From Thermoplasmata archaeon (GTDB lineage Archaea; Thermoplasmatota; Thermoplasmata; Thermoplasmatales; GCA-001856825): a DNA stretch of 64,000 nt. A program made the translations under genes and the position numbers. The notes beneath the pieces are model-generated. The model saw only the letters and a list, made by a program, of their open reading frames with translations. It did no database searches and was not told where the DNA came from. Below, piece after piece: positions 10,232 to 19,349 of the stretch. Location: contig JAJYUZ010000001.1 in NCBI GenBank assembly GCA_021792255.1, positions 1-64,000 on the forward strand, in the 5' to 3' direction. Numbering within the stretch: the stretch's first letter is position 1; each line of letters starts with the position of its first letter.

Positions 10232-11199
10232 TGGTATCGAATCCTCGGATCAATATAACCATAGACAAAATCCGCGAAGTAGTTAGCTAGGACCACAGTG
10301 ATAGTTATGAGGAAGAAGGCACCTTGAAGGACGGGGTAGTCTCTCATAAAAATGGCAGTATAGGTTACGAATCCTATCCCTGGCCAAGAGAACACTATTT
10401 CAGTGAACATGACGCCGCCTATTACCAAGCCAAAACTGATTGCAATCAAACTCACGAGTGGAAGAAGACCGTTAGGGAAGGCGTGTTTCCACAGAATACG
10501 ACTATCGCTGGCTCCCTTTGCCTTTGCAGTAACGATGTAATCCTCAGATAAGACATCCAGGAGCGAATTTCTCATAACGATGGTAAATTCGCCATAGAGA
10601 ACAAGAGTCAGTGTAATCAAGGGCAATGCCAGATGGCTCAGAAAATCCAAAAACCTTGCTAAAAAGTTCTGACTCAATGCACCTATGCTGTACATTCCCT
10701 CGACGGGTATTCCTCCGACGTAGAGGGCCATTACTATGAGCATTGATCCCAGCCAAAAAGTAGGCATAGCGTAGAGTGCCAGTGAAACGCCCAAGATAGT
10801 TCCGTCGACCTTCTTTCCCCTACGCCAGGCAGATACGGCTCCTGTAAACATTCCCAATAAAATCGCAAGAAGGTTGGCAGGGATCAGGAGTATTAGACTG
10901 TTTTTTATGGCAGGTATAATGACCGTTGTGACTGGTTCCTTGTAGAAGAATGAGATACCAAAATTCCCCACCAGTGAGTTTTTGAAAAAAATGACAAATT
11001 GAATCCACAGTGGTTGGTTTAATCCGAATTCACTTGTCAAGAGAGCTATCTGGCGAGAGGTCAAGGCCGGACTCCTATAGAGAAGCGTTATCGGATTTCC
11101 AGGAAGGAGCCTAAAAAGAATAAAATTTAGAATAATGATAGCAAAAATTGTCAGAATTGCGCTTACTGTACGCCTTAGGATATAGGGAACGTTACTCAC
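10228..11199 (-). CDS. dppB: Peptide ABC transporter permease
   Basis: LPGNP, EDYIVTAKAKG, EIVFSWPGIG, RDYPVLQG. Confidence 0.92.
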   Translation of the reverse strand: MSNVPYILRRTVSAILTIFAIIILNFILFRLLPGNPITLLYRSPALTSRQIALLTSEFGLNQPLWIQFVIFFKNSLVGNFGISFFYKEPVTTVIIPAIKNSLILLIPANLLAILLGMFTGAVSAWRRGKKVDGTILGVSLALYAMPTFWLGSMLIVMALYVGGIPVEGMYSIGALSQNFLARFLDFLSHLALPLITLTLVLYGEFTIVMRNSLLDVLSEDYIVTAKAKGASDSRILWKHAFPNGLLPLVSLIAISFGLVIGGVMFTEIVFSWPGIGFVTYTAIFMRDYPVLQGAFFLITITVVLANYFADFVYGYIDPRIRYQ

Positions 11200-11370
11200 G
11201 CTTGTTATCCACCTTTGCTTTCATCCTTAGGTTCATCATTTATTTTACGCTCTTCATTTCGCTGGCCTAAGCTCATAACTCCTTCCCTATCCCTTTTGAC
11301 CGCTTTTCCCCACGTCCGTCTATCGCTATTGTTCTCACTTCTTTGCAGTACGAAGAGCATCCTATAGGGA

Positions 11371-13173
11371 CTATGCCGTCTTTCTCTTCCTGTAGTATGC
11401 GAATCCTCCAATGATAACTGCTGCTACTACGATTATTGCTATAGCTGCCTCAAGGTAGATAGATGTATTGCTGTGCGAAGGTTGGGTGCTAGTGACTGGT
11501 TCGATAGTCAGGAATGTCCTCCAATCGACTCCTCCAAATGGTCCTCCAGGATAATCTGTGGAGATGTTCGTCCACTTGTTCGAATAGACCTGAGACGAAT
11601 ATGGGTAGTACAGCGGGATGTACGGCAGTTGGTAATAAAGCGATTTCTGAAGTTCGTACGAAATGTTTGTCATCTGGCTGATAGATGTGGCATTGACCAT
11701 CTGGTTGAAGAGTGCGTCGTAGGTGGAGTTTGTATAACCGCTGTCATCAAAAGTTGGAGCCTGTGAGGAAGTGAAGAGTCCCAGGAATAACGGAGATGAA
11801 AGGTCGTACGGAGCCAAACCCATTGGCCAATCCCAGAAGTCGGTATCTTGTGCAAAGTTGGGCCAGATGATGTTCAGCATCGAAGCCACTTCTATAGGTT
11901 GGGCAACAGCTTCCACGTGCACTGCACTCCAGTAATCCGTCGCAATCACGTCAGCAGCGCTGACCAGGGCAGGAATCCCACTGACCGCAAGAAGGGTTAT
12001 CTTTATAGTGGTGCCATTTGAGAATTCCCTATAACCATTCGAACCTATCTTGTAGCCAGAGGCGTTGAGCAGCTGGTTGGCAAGAGTCACGTTATATGAT
12101 ATGGGCGGCAGATTCGGGTCGACACTTGGATCCCACGACGGGAAAATTGTCTGAGCATTCAAGGCATTTCCCCCCTGAGTGATGTTTATCAGGGCTCTGT
12201 AGTCAATGGCGTGAGCTAGACCTTCCCTGAAGTCTGCGTTGCGTAAAGCAGGGTTACCGGTACCATTCGGATACGTGTTGAAAGCAAGGTAGTACATGAA
12301 TATGGGATTCTTAGGTACTACCAAAATGGAACTAGTACTGTTCTTAAATGTGTTGACTTCTGTCGGGAGTAGGAATCCACCCGTTGCATCAATTTCACCT
12401 GACTGGAAGGCAGAAACTTCCGCTTGAACACTGCTGAACAGCTCCAGATACAGTGTCTGAATGTGGGGAATCCTTGAAGGTATGAAGTAGTTGTTATTTC
12501 TCTTCATTTCCACATAACTATTTGGGACATAGTTAGTCAGAAGAAACGGCCCTGATCCTACAAAAGATGTAGCGTTACTGAATATTCCATACGTCGCGGC
12601 GTTGACATTCTTCCAGATGTGATAAGGAACTATGAAAATGTTTGTAATTGCAACTTCTGCAAACATGACACCAGTATAATGGAATATGACAGTGTGGTTG
12701 TCTGGAGTGTCAATTGATGTAATCATTGAAACGTATGGGTATATGAAAGAAAACGGTTGAGCAGCAAGGTAGTAAGAGTAGTTCACGTCTTGGGAAGTAA
12801 CTGGGACCCCGTCCGACCATTTCGCAGCTTGATTAAGGTGGAAAATGGCAGTGTGATTGTTGCCATAGATACTCCAACTTTGGGCTAAATCAGGAAGAAG
12901 TTGAGATTGATTTGCCGTAAATTTACACAGAGTATCATATATGTAAGAAAATGTCCAAGATTGTGCCAGACCAGGATTATTATACGGATTTACATCCGTA
13001 ATGGTGGAATAACCCCAGCCAACGGAAAAGGTTGCATTGGTGAGACTGGCTGAAGGTGGCGAAATCTGATTTGCAAAAGCGCTATTGGTCAATGACTGCG
13101 GCATCAAAAATAGAGCGACAATCAATACGGTGGTCACAACTAAGATTTTTTTAGGTCTCAAAAAGATCACCAT
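11371..13173 (-). CDS. dppA: Peptide ABC transporter substrate-binding protein (family 5) with C-terminal membrane anchor
   Basis: Signal peptide; LLPDLAQSW, KWSDGVPVTSQDV, GSGPF; C-terminal TM followed by basic tail; many NxS/T sequons. Confidence 0.9.
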   Translation of the reverse strand: MVIFLRPKKILVVTTVLIVALFLMPQSLTNSAFANQISPPSASLTNATFSVGWGYSTITDVNPYNNPGLAQSWTFSYIYDTLCKFTANQSQLLPDLAQSWSIYGNNHTAIFHLNQAAKWSDGVPVTSQDVNYSYYLAAQPFSFIYPYVSMITSIDTPDNHTVIFHYTGVMFAEVAITNIFIVPYHIWKNVNAATYGIFSNATSFVGSGPFLLTNYVPNSYVEMKRNNNYFIPSRIPHIQTLYLELFSSVQAEVSAFQSGEIDATGGFLLPTEVNTFKNSTSSILVVPKNPIFMYYLAFNTYPNGTGNPALRNADFREGLAHAIDYRALINITQGGNALNAQTIFPSWDPSVDPNLPPISYNVTLANQLLNASGYKIGSNGYREFSNGTTIKITLLAVSGIPALVSAADVIATDYWSAVHVEAVAQPIEVASMLNIIWPNFAQDTDFWDWPMGLAPYDLSSPLFLGLFTSSQAPTFDDSGYTNSTYDALFNQMVNATSISQMTNISYELQKSLYYQLPYIPLYYPYSSQVYSNKWTNISTDYPGGPFGGVDWRTFLTIEPVTSTQPSHSNTSIYLEAAIAIIVVAAVIIGGFAYYRKRKTA

Positions 13174-13321
13174 ATATATTATGAAATTTCGTGTATAAGA
13201 TACTTTTGGCATCCAGAGACAAATCAGAAAAAATACGGTTATTCAGAAACCTCTTTTTTTTACATCCTTCTGATAGTGAACATTCAAGCAAATCCTAAAA
13301 TACAGAATAAAATTATGAATC

Positions 13322-14422
13322 ATGGACCTTGTATTAAGATATCATTACGTAAATCTTCCAATGATTGAACCTTTCGTATATAGTGAAGAAACTGAAGTGA
13401 GTAGAAATGGATTTATCTTTGTTTTAAAGGACGATGGTATTACCGCTTACTCGGAGTGCGTTACAAATGATAATCCATTTTACTTGTATGAATATAACAC
13501 TACTGCAATAAACGTCATCAAGGATTATCTGGCAAAAAGTATTGCAGACGTTCCTGAGCCAAAGGAATTTCTGGAGAGGATAGATCATGTCAAAGGGCAT
13601 GAAATGGCGAAAGGTGCCATTGAAATGTTACTGTGGGATTATAAAGCTAAGAAAGAGAAGCTTCCCCTTTACAAAATCCTTGACGGTGGTACGAAGGGTT
13701 TTGCTGAGACTGGACTCTCGGTTGGACTGGACTCTACTGACAAAATGGTCAAAAAGGTGGAACGGGCCGTTGATCGTCATTATAAGAGAATAAAGGTGAA
13801 AATTTCAAAGGGCCGGGAACTGGATATTTTGTCTGCTGTAAGGGATAAGTTCTCAGATATCAAACTCACTGCAGATGCAAATTCAAATTATAGGATTTCT
13901 GATATTGAATTGCTCAAAAAGATAGATAAGTTTAACTTGACGTATCTAGAACAACCGCTAAACTCGGACGACTTAATCGATCATTCGAAACTTAGGAAAG
14001 AAATATACACGCCTATATGCCTAGACGAATCTATTGTATCCCCCGACAAAATGAGAAAGGCAATAGAAATAAAGTCACTTGATGTTGTGAACATCAAGCC
14101 GGGAAGAGTGGGCGGCTTCCACAACTCCCTTAGGATAGCAAAAATGGCAAAAGAAAATGACATTCATGTCTGGGTTGGAGGTATGGAAGAGACAAGCGTA
14201 GGAAAGAACTACAACGTAGCCTTGGCATCTTCTAAGCTTATTGACTATCCTGGTGACACAGGTCCAACTAGTGAACTGTTCAGTAGAGACATCGCAACCA
14301 ACCCCCTTACGATGAACGATGGAATAGTGACTCCTTCCGAAGAAATCGGGATAGGCGTAAAGATAGATGAAGAATTTCTAAACGAGGTCACAATATTCTC
14401 TGGTTCGATCAAACTAAAATGA
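13322..14422 (+). CDS. menC: o-succinylbenzoate synthase / N-acylamino acid racemase (enolase superfamily)
   Basis: RIKVKI (KxK), DAN, LEQP, CLDES, NIKPGRVGG, WVGGMEET. Confidence 0.85.
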   Translation: MDLVLRYHYVNLPMIEPFVYSEETEVSRNGFIFVLKDDGITAYSECVTNDNPFYLYEYNTTAINVIKDYLAKSIADVPEPKEFLERIDHVKGHEMAKGAIEMLLWDYKAKKEKLPLYKILDGGTKGFAETGLSVGLDSTDKMVKKVERAVDRHYKRIKVKISKGRELDILSAVRDKFSDIKLTADANSNYRISDIELLKKIDKFNLTYLEQPLNSDDLIDHSKLRKEIYTPICLDESIVSPDKMRKAIEIKSLDVVNIKPGRVGGFHNSLRIAKMAKENDIHVWVGGMEETSVGKNYNVALASSKLIDYPGDTGPTSELFSRDIATNPLTMNDGIVTPSEEIGIGVKIDEEFLNEVTIFSGSIKLK

Positions 14423-14449
14423 AAGGATCAATTGCTTGACATCAAAATG

Positions 14450-14556
14450 TCAGAATATGTCTCCGTACCCTGCACCTCCGGAAGCACAGATTCATATATC
14501 ACCGGCTTTGAGTAAGCTTTCTGTACTCTTGTAATAGATCTTCTACTCCTCGCAGT
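14450..14556 (-). pseudogene. Remnant of hydantoinase B/5-oxoprolinase C-terminus
   Basis: Minus frame reads ...SLLKAGDI*ICASGGAGYGDIF*, resembling the L.xGD...GGGGYGD terminus, with an internal stop. Confidence 0.45.
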
Positions 14557-14748
14557 CAGTCACCATAAGGTGAACTGCTGTCATCCTTTCTTTCTTTCAC
14601 CTTAGTCCTCAGGTAACTCTCAGGAGACCTTTTGTGAGTTATTTTTGTCCTCAGCTTCGAATCATTATAAATACAAAATGGGTTGAATGAAACCACACAA
14701 TGAGAGGTCAATACTCCGGGTTTGTTCAAAGGTCCGAACTCTCAAAGT

Positions 14749-14838
14749 TTTCTTGTGCGCTCTAAAACCTTTACGCGTAACTCAGATTTTCTGTTCTTAG
14801 TCGACTTTATGTGCAGAATTTATCAGGAGCGCAAAGCA
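14749..14838 (+). repeat. Degenerate 18-bp tandem array (5 units), same family as 401-490 and 2224-2295
   Basis: Units: tttcttgtGCGCtctaaa, acctttacGCGTaactca, gattttctGTTCttagtc, gactttatGTGCagaatt, tatcaggaGCGCaaagca. Confidence 0.6.
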
Positions 14839-14863
14839 CAGATTTAGAACAATGTGCCTAGAA

Positions 14864-17281
14864 TCACTTCTTTGAAATCTTTCTTGATTCTAGAATAGTC
14901 ACCCTTTCCCTAAGCTTGTCGAGTTCTTCCCTCACAGTCTTGAAGTCTTGAGGAATCAACGGACCCTTAACTTCCAGTGCTTCTCTCATTACTCTCTTGG
15001 TAAATGCAAAAGGCTCTCCATCAAGGTAAGGTGCAATTCTAGAAATGAGTTCCAAATCCAGAGTGTCTTTTATTGCATTCGCTGCGCTTTCCCTAATTGC
15101 AAACGAGTCGTCCTTCAGTCCCTCCATTAGGACATCGGCTACAGAACGGTCCTTCCAGTAGAACTTCGATATGGCCATTAAGGCGGCAGATCTGGTCTGC
15201 AAGTCGTACTCTTTCTTGAAGTACTTTTTTACGGTGTTCATAGTAGAAGCATCCGCAAGTTCACCGAGTGCATTCAGTGATGCCACCCGGATCATGTCAT
15301 CGAAAGAATCGGTTTCGAGACCCTCGATGAGCAAGTCTTTTGAGTTACCCTTTCCAATTTTTTGTGCACTGGATAACAGATTGGCTCTCAAGCGATAGCC
15401 TTCTTCTTTTTCAAACATTTCAATCAGGGTTAAGAGTAGTGCATCATCATTTAGATTCGAGACCGCTCTTGCAACTTCCCTTCTAGTCTTGTAGTCTTTA
15501 TCTCCTAGCATCTTCTGTACTGCACTCGTTGCTTTCTTCCCACCAATCTTCGATACGGACTCCGCAATCTTCCCTTTGACGTACCAAAACTGTTCCGATT
15601 CGAAAGATTCCAAAAGGAAAGGAATCTCAGAAGTCCCAAATTTTCCTAGCTCTGATGCAGCCCTGGCTCTTTCTAATATGCTATCTCCATTCCTTAGTAA
15701 GTATCTTGAAGATTCTTTAGCTCTCTCTATGGCAGTCGTACTGAGGAGGTTACTCTCAGGGTCCAGCGAGAATCCTCGAAACTCTCTCTTGTCAAATTCA
15801 AGTTGTGTCATTTTATCTTCAATTCTCAATTCAAAATCTTCCTTCCTGCCCTCGTAATATATCCTAACGGGAACTCTGAGGCTAAAGATTCTCCCTACTT
15901 GAGTAATCTTGACGATGACCTTCCCTTTTGAAGACACCTCTTCGATCTTAAATTCGGGGTGTCCAGGCTCTTCCAGAAATTGATGGTAAACTGCCTCAAG
16001 TGAAAATCCGGAAACATTTGAAAGGGCTCTCCTGAAATCCTCAGTCGAGACTCCACTCATCCTATTTTTTTCAAGGTATTCCTTTACTCCAGCCCAAAAA
16101 ACCTTGTCGCCCAAATAGTGATTCAAGTATCTCAGGAACAGAGAGGCTTTCTGATAGAGGTGCCTGTCGAAAAGTTCCTCTGGTTCCTTGTACTTTCTTT
16201 CCACTATTGGTCTCCCATAGTTCTGCTCGAACTCCTTCAGATAGGCCTCTTTGGTGCTTTCGACATCCACCAAGAATTCGTCCTTCCCCTTTAGTCTCTC
16301 AGCGTAAATCAGCTCTATGTACGTCGCAAACCCTTCGTTCAACCATGCCTGCGACCAGTCCTTACATGTCACATAATCGCCGAACCACTGATGTGCCATT
16401 TCGTGGCAGACCAACGGCTCCGACTGGTAATCGGCATGAGCTATCTCATCGTGTAGAGTTCTGTCCGTCAAAGTCACCGCGGTTATGTTTTCCATTCCAC
16501 CCATTACAAACCTTGAAACGCACGTCTGATCGTACTTTGAATATGGGTACTTCACTCCGGTCTTCAGGCTTATGAACTCCATCATATCGGGAGAATTCTT
16601 GAAAGATCTCTCAGCCATTTTTTCAAACTTGGGAAGGAAGTAAGAAGTTATCGGCACTCCCTGCCATTCCTGTTTAAACGATTTGAATTTTCCAGCGACG
16701 ACGCTAACAAGATATGCCGGAAATCTGAAATCTTCCTTGAATATGAATGTGGAGAGTTCTCCATCGACCCTGTCAACAAGATTACCATTGCTTATCACCA
16801 CGTAGTCGTTAGGTACGGTGATCCTGATCTCGTAGGCACTTCTCGTGTTGGGATAATCGAAGCAGGGGAACCATGCGTGGCTGTCGGTGCTGTGTCCGTG
16901 GGTCCAGAACTGTACTCCTCCTTCGTCTTCCACGAAGTATCCACCTTTCTTTGGAAATGACCTGTAGGTAATTGTAACGACATAGTCTGAGAAGGCCCTA
17001 AAATCACCATTCACCACGATCTTGTCTTTGTAAGTATCGAATGACGTTGGGACACCCCTGATGGATACGTTGTAAATTTCCATTTCGGTGGCATCAATCT
17101 CTAGATGATCCTGAGGAAGACTGTTCATCTTTAGATCCAGTTCAGCCTTTCCTTCTATTGTCCTATCCTCGAAATTTATTCTGATATCTATCACCGTCCT
17201 TTTCAGATCGAACTGTTTTTCACGCTCCAATTTCGTTTCATAACCGGTGAGGACAAAAGGTCTGAACTCTCTGTCTATCAT
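14864..17281 (-). CDS. M1 family zinc aminopeptidase with C-terminal HEAT repeats and coiled coil
   Basis: AWFPCFD, GGMEN, HEMAHQWFGD...WLNEGFATY (HExxH..E); HEAT-like repeats such as RARAASELG and RVASLNALG. Confidence 0.92.
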   Translation of the reverse strand: MIDREFRPFVLTGYETKLEREKQFDLKRTVIDIRINFEDRTIEGKAELDLKMNSLPQDHLEIDATEMEIYNVSIRGVPTSFDTYKDKIVVNGDFRAFSDYVVTITYRSFPKKGGYFVEDEGGVQFWTHGHSTDSHAWFPCFDYPNTRSAYEIRITVPNDYVVISNGNLVDRVDGELSTFIFKEDFRFPAYLVSVVAGKFKSFKQEWQGVPITSYFLPKFEKMAERSFKNSPDMMEFISLKTGVKYPYSKYDQTCVSRFVMGGMENITAVTLTDRTLHDEIAHADYQSEPLVCHEMAHQWFGDYVTCKDWSQAWLNEGFATYIELIYAERLKGKDEFLVDVESTKEAYLKEFEQNYGRPIVERKYKEPEELFDRHLYQKASLFLRYLNHYLGDKVFWAGVKEYLEKNRMSGVSTEDFRRALSNVSGFSLEAVYHQFLEEPGHPEFKIEEVSSKGKVIVKITQVGRIFSLRVPVRIYYEGRKEDFELRIEDKMTQLEFDKREFRGFSLDPESNLLSTTAIERAKESSRYLLRNGDSILERARAASELGKFGTSEIPFLLESFESEQFWYVKGKIAESVSKIGGKKATSAVQKMLGDKDYKTRREVARAVSNLNDDALLLTLIEMFEKEEGYRLRANLLSSAQKIGKGNSKDLLIEGLETDSFDDMIRVASLNALGELADASTMNTVKKYFKKEYDLQTRSAALMAISKFYWKDRSVADVLMEGLKDDSFAIRESAANAIKDTLDLELISRIAPYLDGEPFAFTKRVMREALEVKGPLIPQDFKTVREELDKLRERVTILESRKISKK

Positions 17282-17365
17282 AAATCTGTATGTGCTTGCC
17301 CACTATATCATTTACCTGCTTTATGGGGAGAAATGCAGGACTGGACACTCACTTGTCTGGTCTTT

Positions 17366-18202
17366 TTACTTTTTGATCAGGTTGACAATGGAGTCAATGA
17401 CAACATCAGAATCGTTCGGTAGAGGGAGTCTTTCATATTCTATCCCTTCTTTATTGGCATCTCTTCTCAGTTTGTAATCCAGATCATAGAGCACTTCCAG
17501 GTGGTCATAGATAAAGCCTATCGGTACCACTTTTATTTTCCTGAACCCGTTCTCCTTTGCGTAAGAGATGGAATATTCTGGATACGGAGTCAGCCAATTC
17601 GGATGGAACGGTCCCTGACTGTGGTAGATTATTATGTATTTCATGTCTTCTCCAATTACACTCGAGAGCTTCCGGATAGATTCTGGGTATGGATCGTACC
17701 CTTCTATTGGGATGCTGTGAGCTGAAAATGTGAGGACGGAATCTCTTCCTCCCCTGATCCGTTTCTTATAGAAGTCAATCATCTCACTTTCGAAACCTAT
17801 GTCCGTAATTCTGACCAATTTCCTTCCTCTCATCTGTGCTTCCAAAGGGCCAAAATATCCGTCGAAAATGAACTTTGAATATACCGGGAAGAGTGGCACT
17901 TCAAATATCACGTCCTCGTTTATAATTCCCGAGGCCTCTTTGACGGAGGGTCTGCAGTGTTTGGATAGTAGGTACACCTTGTAGCCCTCTCCCTCAAGCT
18001 TATCCGAAACCTTGTCTCTGATGCTTTTCACGATTCGGTTTGAGGGGGTATCTCCACCCACAATATCGAGCTTCAGAAGGTTTTCTCTTATCAGCGAATC
18101 TGGTGGCTCCCTTCCGTGAAGAATGTCCTTCAGATAATCGTGCATCTCCTCTCTTTTTTCCGGAAATCCATAGTACATCAGGACAACGGCCTTATCTTTC
18201 GT
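17366..18202 (-). CDS. hemH: Ferrochelatase (HemH/CpfC type); probable ACG start at 18202 (first ATG 18178)
   Basis: MYYGFP, PLFPVYS, FSAHSIP, SQGP..WLTP, PIGFIYDHLEVLYDLD. Confidence 0.88.
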   Translation of the reverse strand, partial: TKDKAVVLMYYGFPEKREEMHDYLKDILHGREPPDSLIRENLLKLDIVGGDTPSNRIVKSIRDKVSDKLEGEGYKVYLLSKHCRPSVKEASGIINEDVIFEVPLFPVYSKFIFDGYFGPLEAQMRGRKLVRITDIGFESEMIDFYKKRIRGGRDSVLTFSAHSIPIEGYDPYPESIRKLSSVIGEDMKYIIIYHSQGPFHPNWLTPYPEYSISYAKENGFRKIKVVPIGFIYDHLEVLYDLDYKLRRDANKEGIEYERLPLPNDSDVVIDSIVNLIKK

Positions 18203-19163
18203 AGCTGTGAACCTCCTTTTCTACGACTGCCAGCTTTCGCCAGTCAGCCCAAGGTGGCACTCCGTGCCCCAGATTAAAAATATGACCCTTGAAACTCGTG
18301 CCAAGGTCCATAATTCTTTTAGTCTCACGCTTCAAATACTGTTCATCTGCTCCCAATAAGTAAGGGTCCAAATTTCCCTGTACCACGCAGTCTGAGCAAG
18401 TGTTCCTGAATTTGTCAAAACCCATCCTCCAGTCAATTGAATATACGTCCGGCCTTAAATTGAGAAACCTGTGATAAAGATGAGACGAGCCCTCGCTGAA
18501 GAATATGACAGGTTTTCCAATCTCCCTTATTTTTTCTACAAAATACCTCTCATTCTCTTCGAGGTGGTTTTCGTAATAGTTCTCGGATACCCCTCCTAGC
18601 CAGCTATCGAATATCTGAATCACATCTGCTCCGGCTGCGGCTTGAACCCGCGCGAAATCTATGATTTCCTCGGTCAACTTAGAAATAATGCTGTCGTCAC
18701 CAGATGCAAGAATCTCCTTCGTTCTATGATATCCTTCCCTCCCTCCATCATAAAGATATGAAAGGGTAGTGAACGGTCCTCCCACGACTCCGATGATCGT
18801 CTTGTCCGAATGATCATGGATGATCTTCTTTAAACCTGCGGAGAGTGGAGAATAATAATCGAAATTTTCCTTTTCTGCATCCCGAACGGAAATGCCATTC
18901 TCATAGGAAACCTGGTAGCCGAGCTCTGCAAAAGGAATCAAAATGTCCGTGAAAACTACGACAGCATCAGTATTAAAGTGCCCGAGAGGAATGCAAGAAA
19001 CGTCTGCTATTGTATTAGGATCCTTTAAGAGTTCCATAAATGGCTTACCTCCCTTTATGGACTCGTATTCAGGCAAGTATCTTCCAGCTTGTCTCATGAA
19101 CCAAACTGCGTTATCTTTTAATTCGCCTTTGGCGATTTTGATCACTTTCTTAGTTTCTTTCAC
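18192..19163 (-). CDS. hemE: Uroporphyrinogen decarboxylase
   Basis: VWFMRQAGRYLPEY, QIFDSW, QGNLDP, HIFNLGHG. Confidence 0.95.
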   Translation of the reverse strand: MKETKKVIKIAKGELKDNAVWFMRQAGRYLPEYESIKGGKPFMELLKDPNTIADVSCIPLGHFNTDAVVVFTDILIPFAELGYQVSYENGISVRDAEKENFDYYSPLSAGLKKIIHDHSDKTIIGVVGGPFTTLSYLYDGGREGYHRTKEILASGDDSIISKLTEEIIDFARVQAAAGADVIQIFDSWLGGVSENYYENHLEENERYFVEKIREIGKPVIFFSEGSSHLYHRFLNLRPDVYSIDWRMGFDKFRNTCSDCVVQGNLDPYLLGADEQYLKRETKRIMDLGTSFKGHIFNLGHGVPPWADWRKLAVVEKEVHSYER

Positions 19164-19349
19164 GTATCTTTAAGCCGTAGAACTATAAATTGTTTGGAGT
19201 TTTCAAGAAAACAGGGGACGGACCCAGAGAACCGTGATTCTATTATTCCTCTTTCAAATGGTAAATCCTCTCACCAAATAAGCAAGAGGCCCGTGGAGTC
19301 CCGGACTAAGATACATCTTTCTTATATAGAGTTCATTAATTCACGGGTA

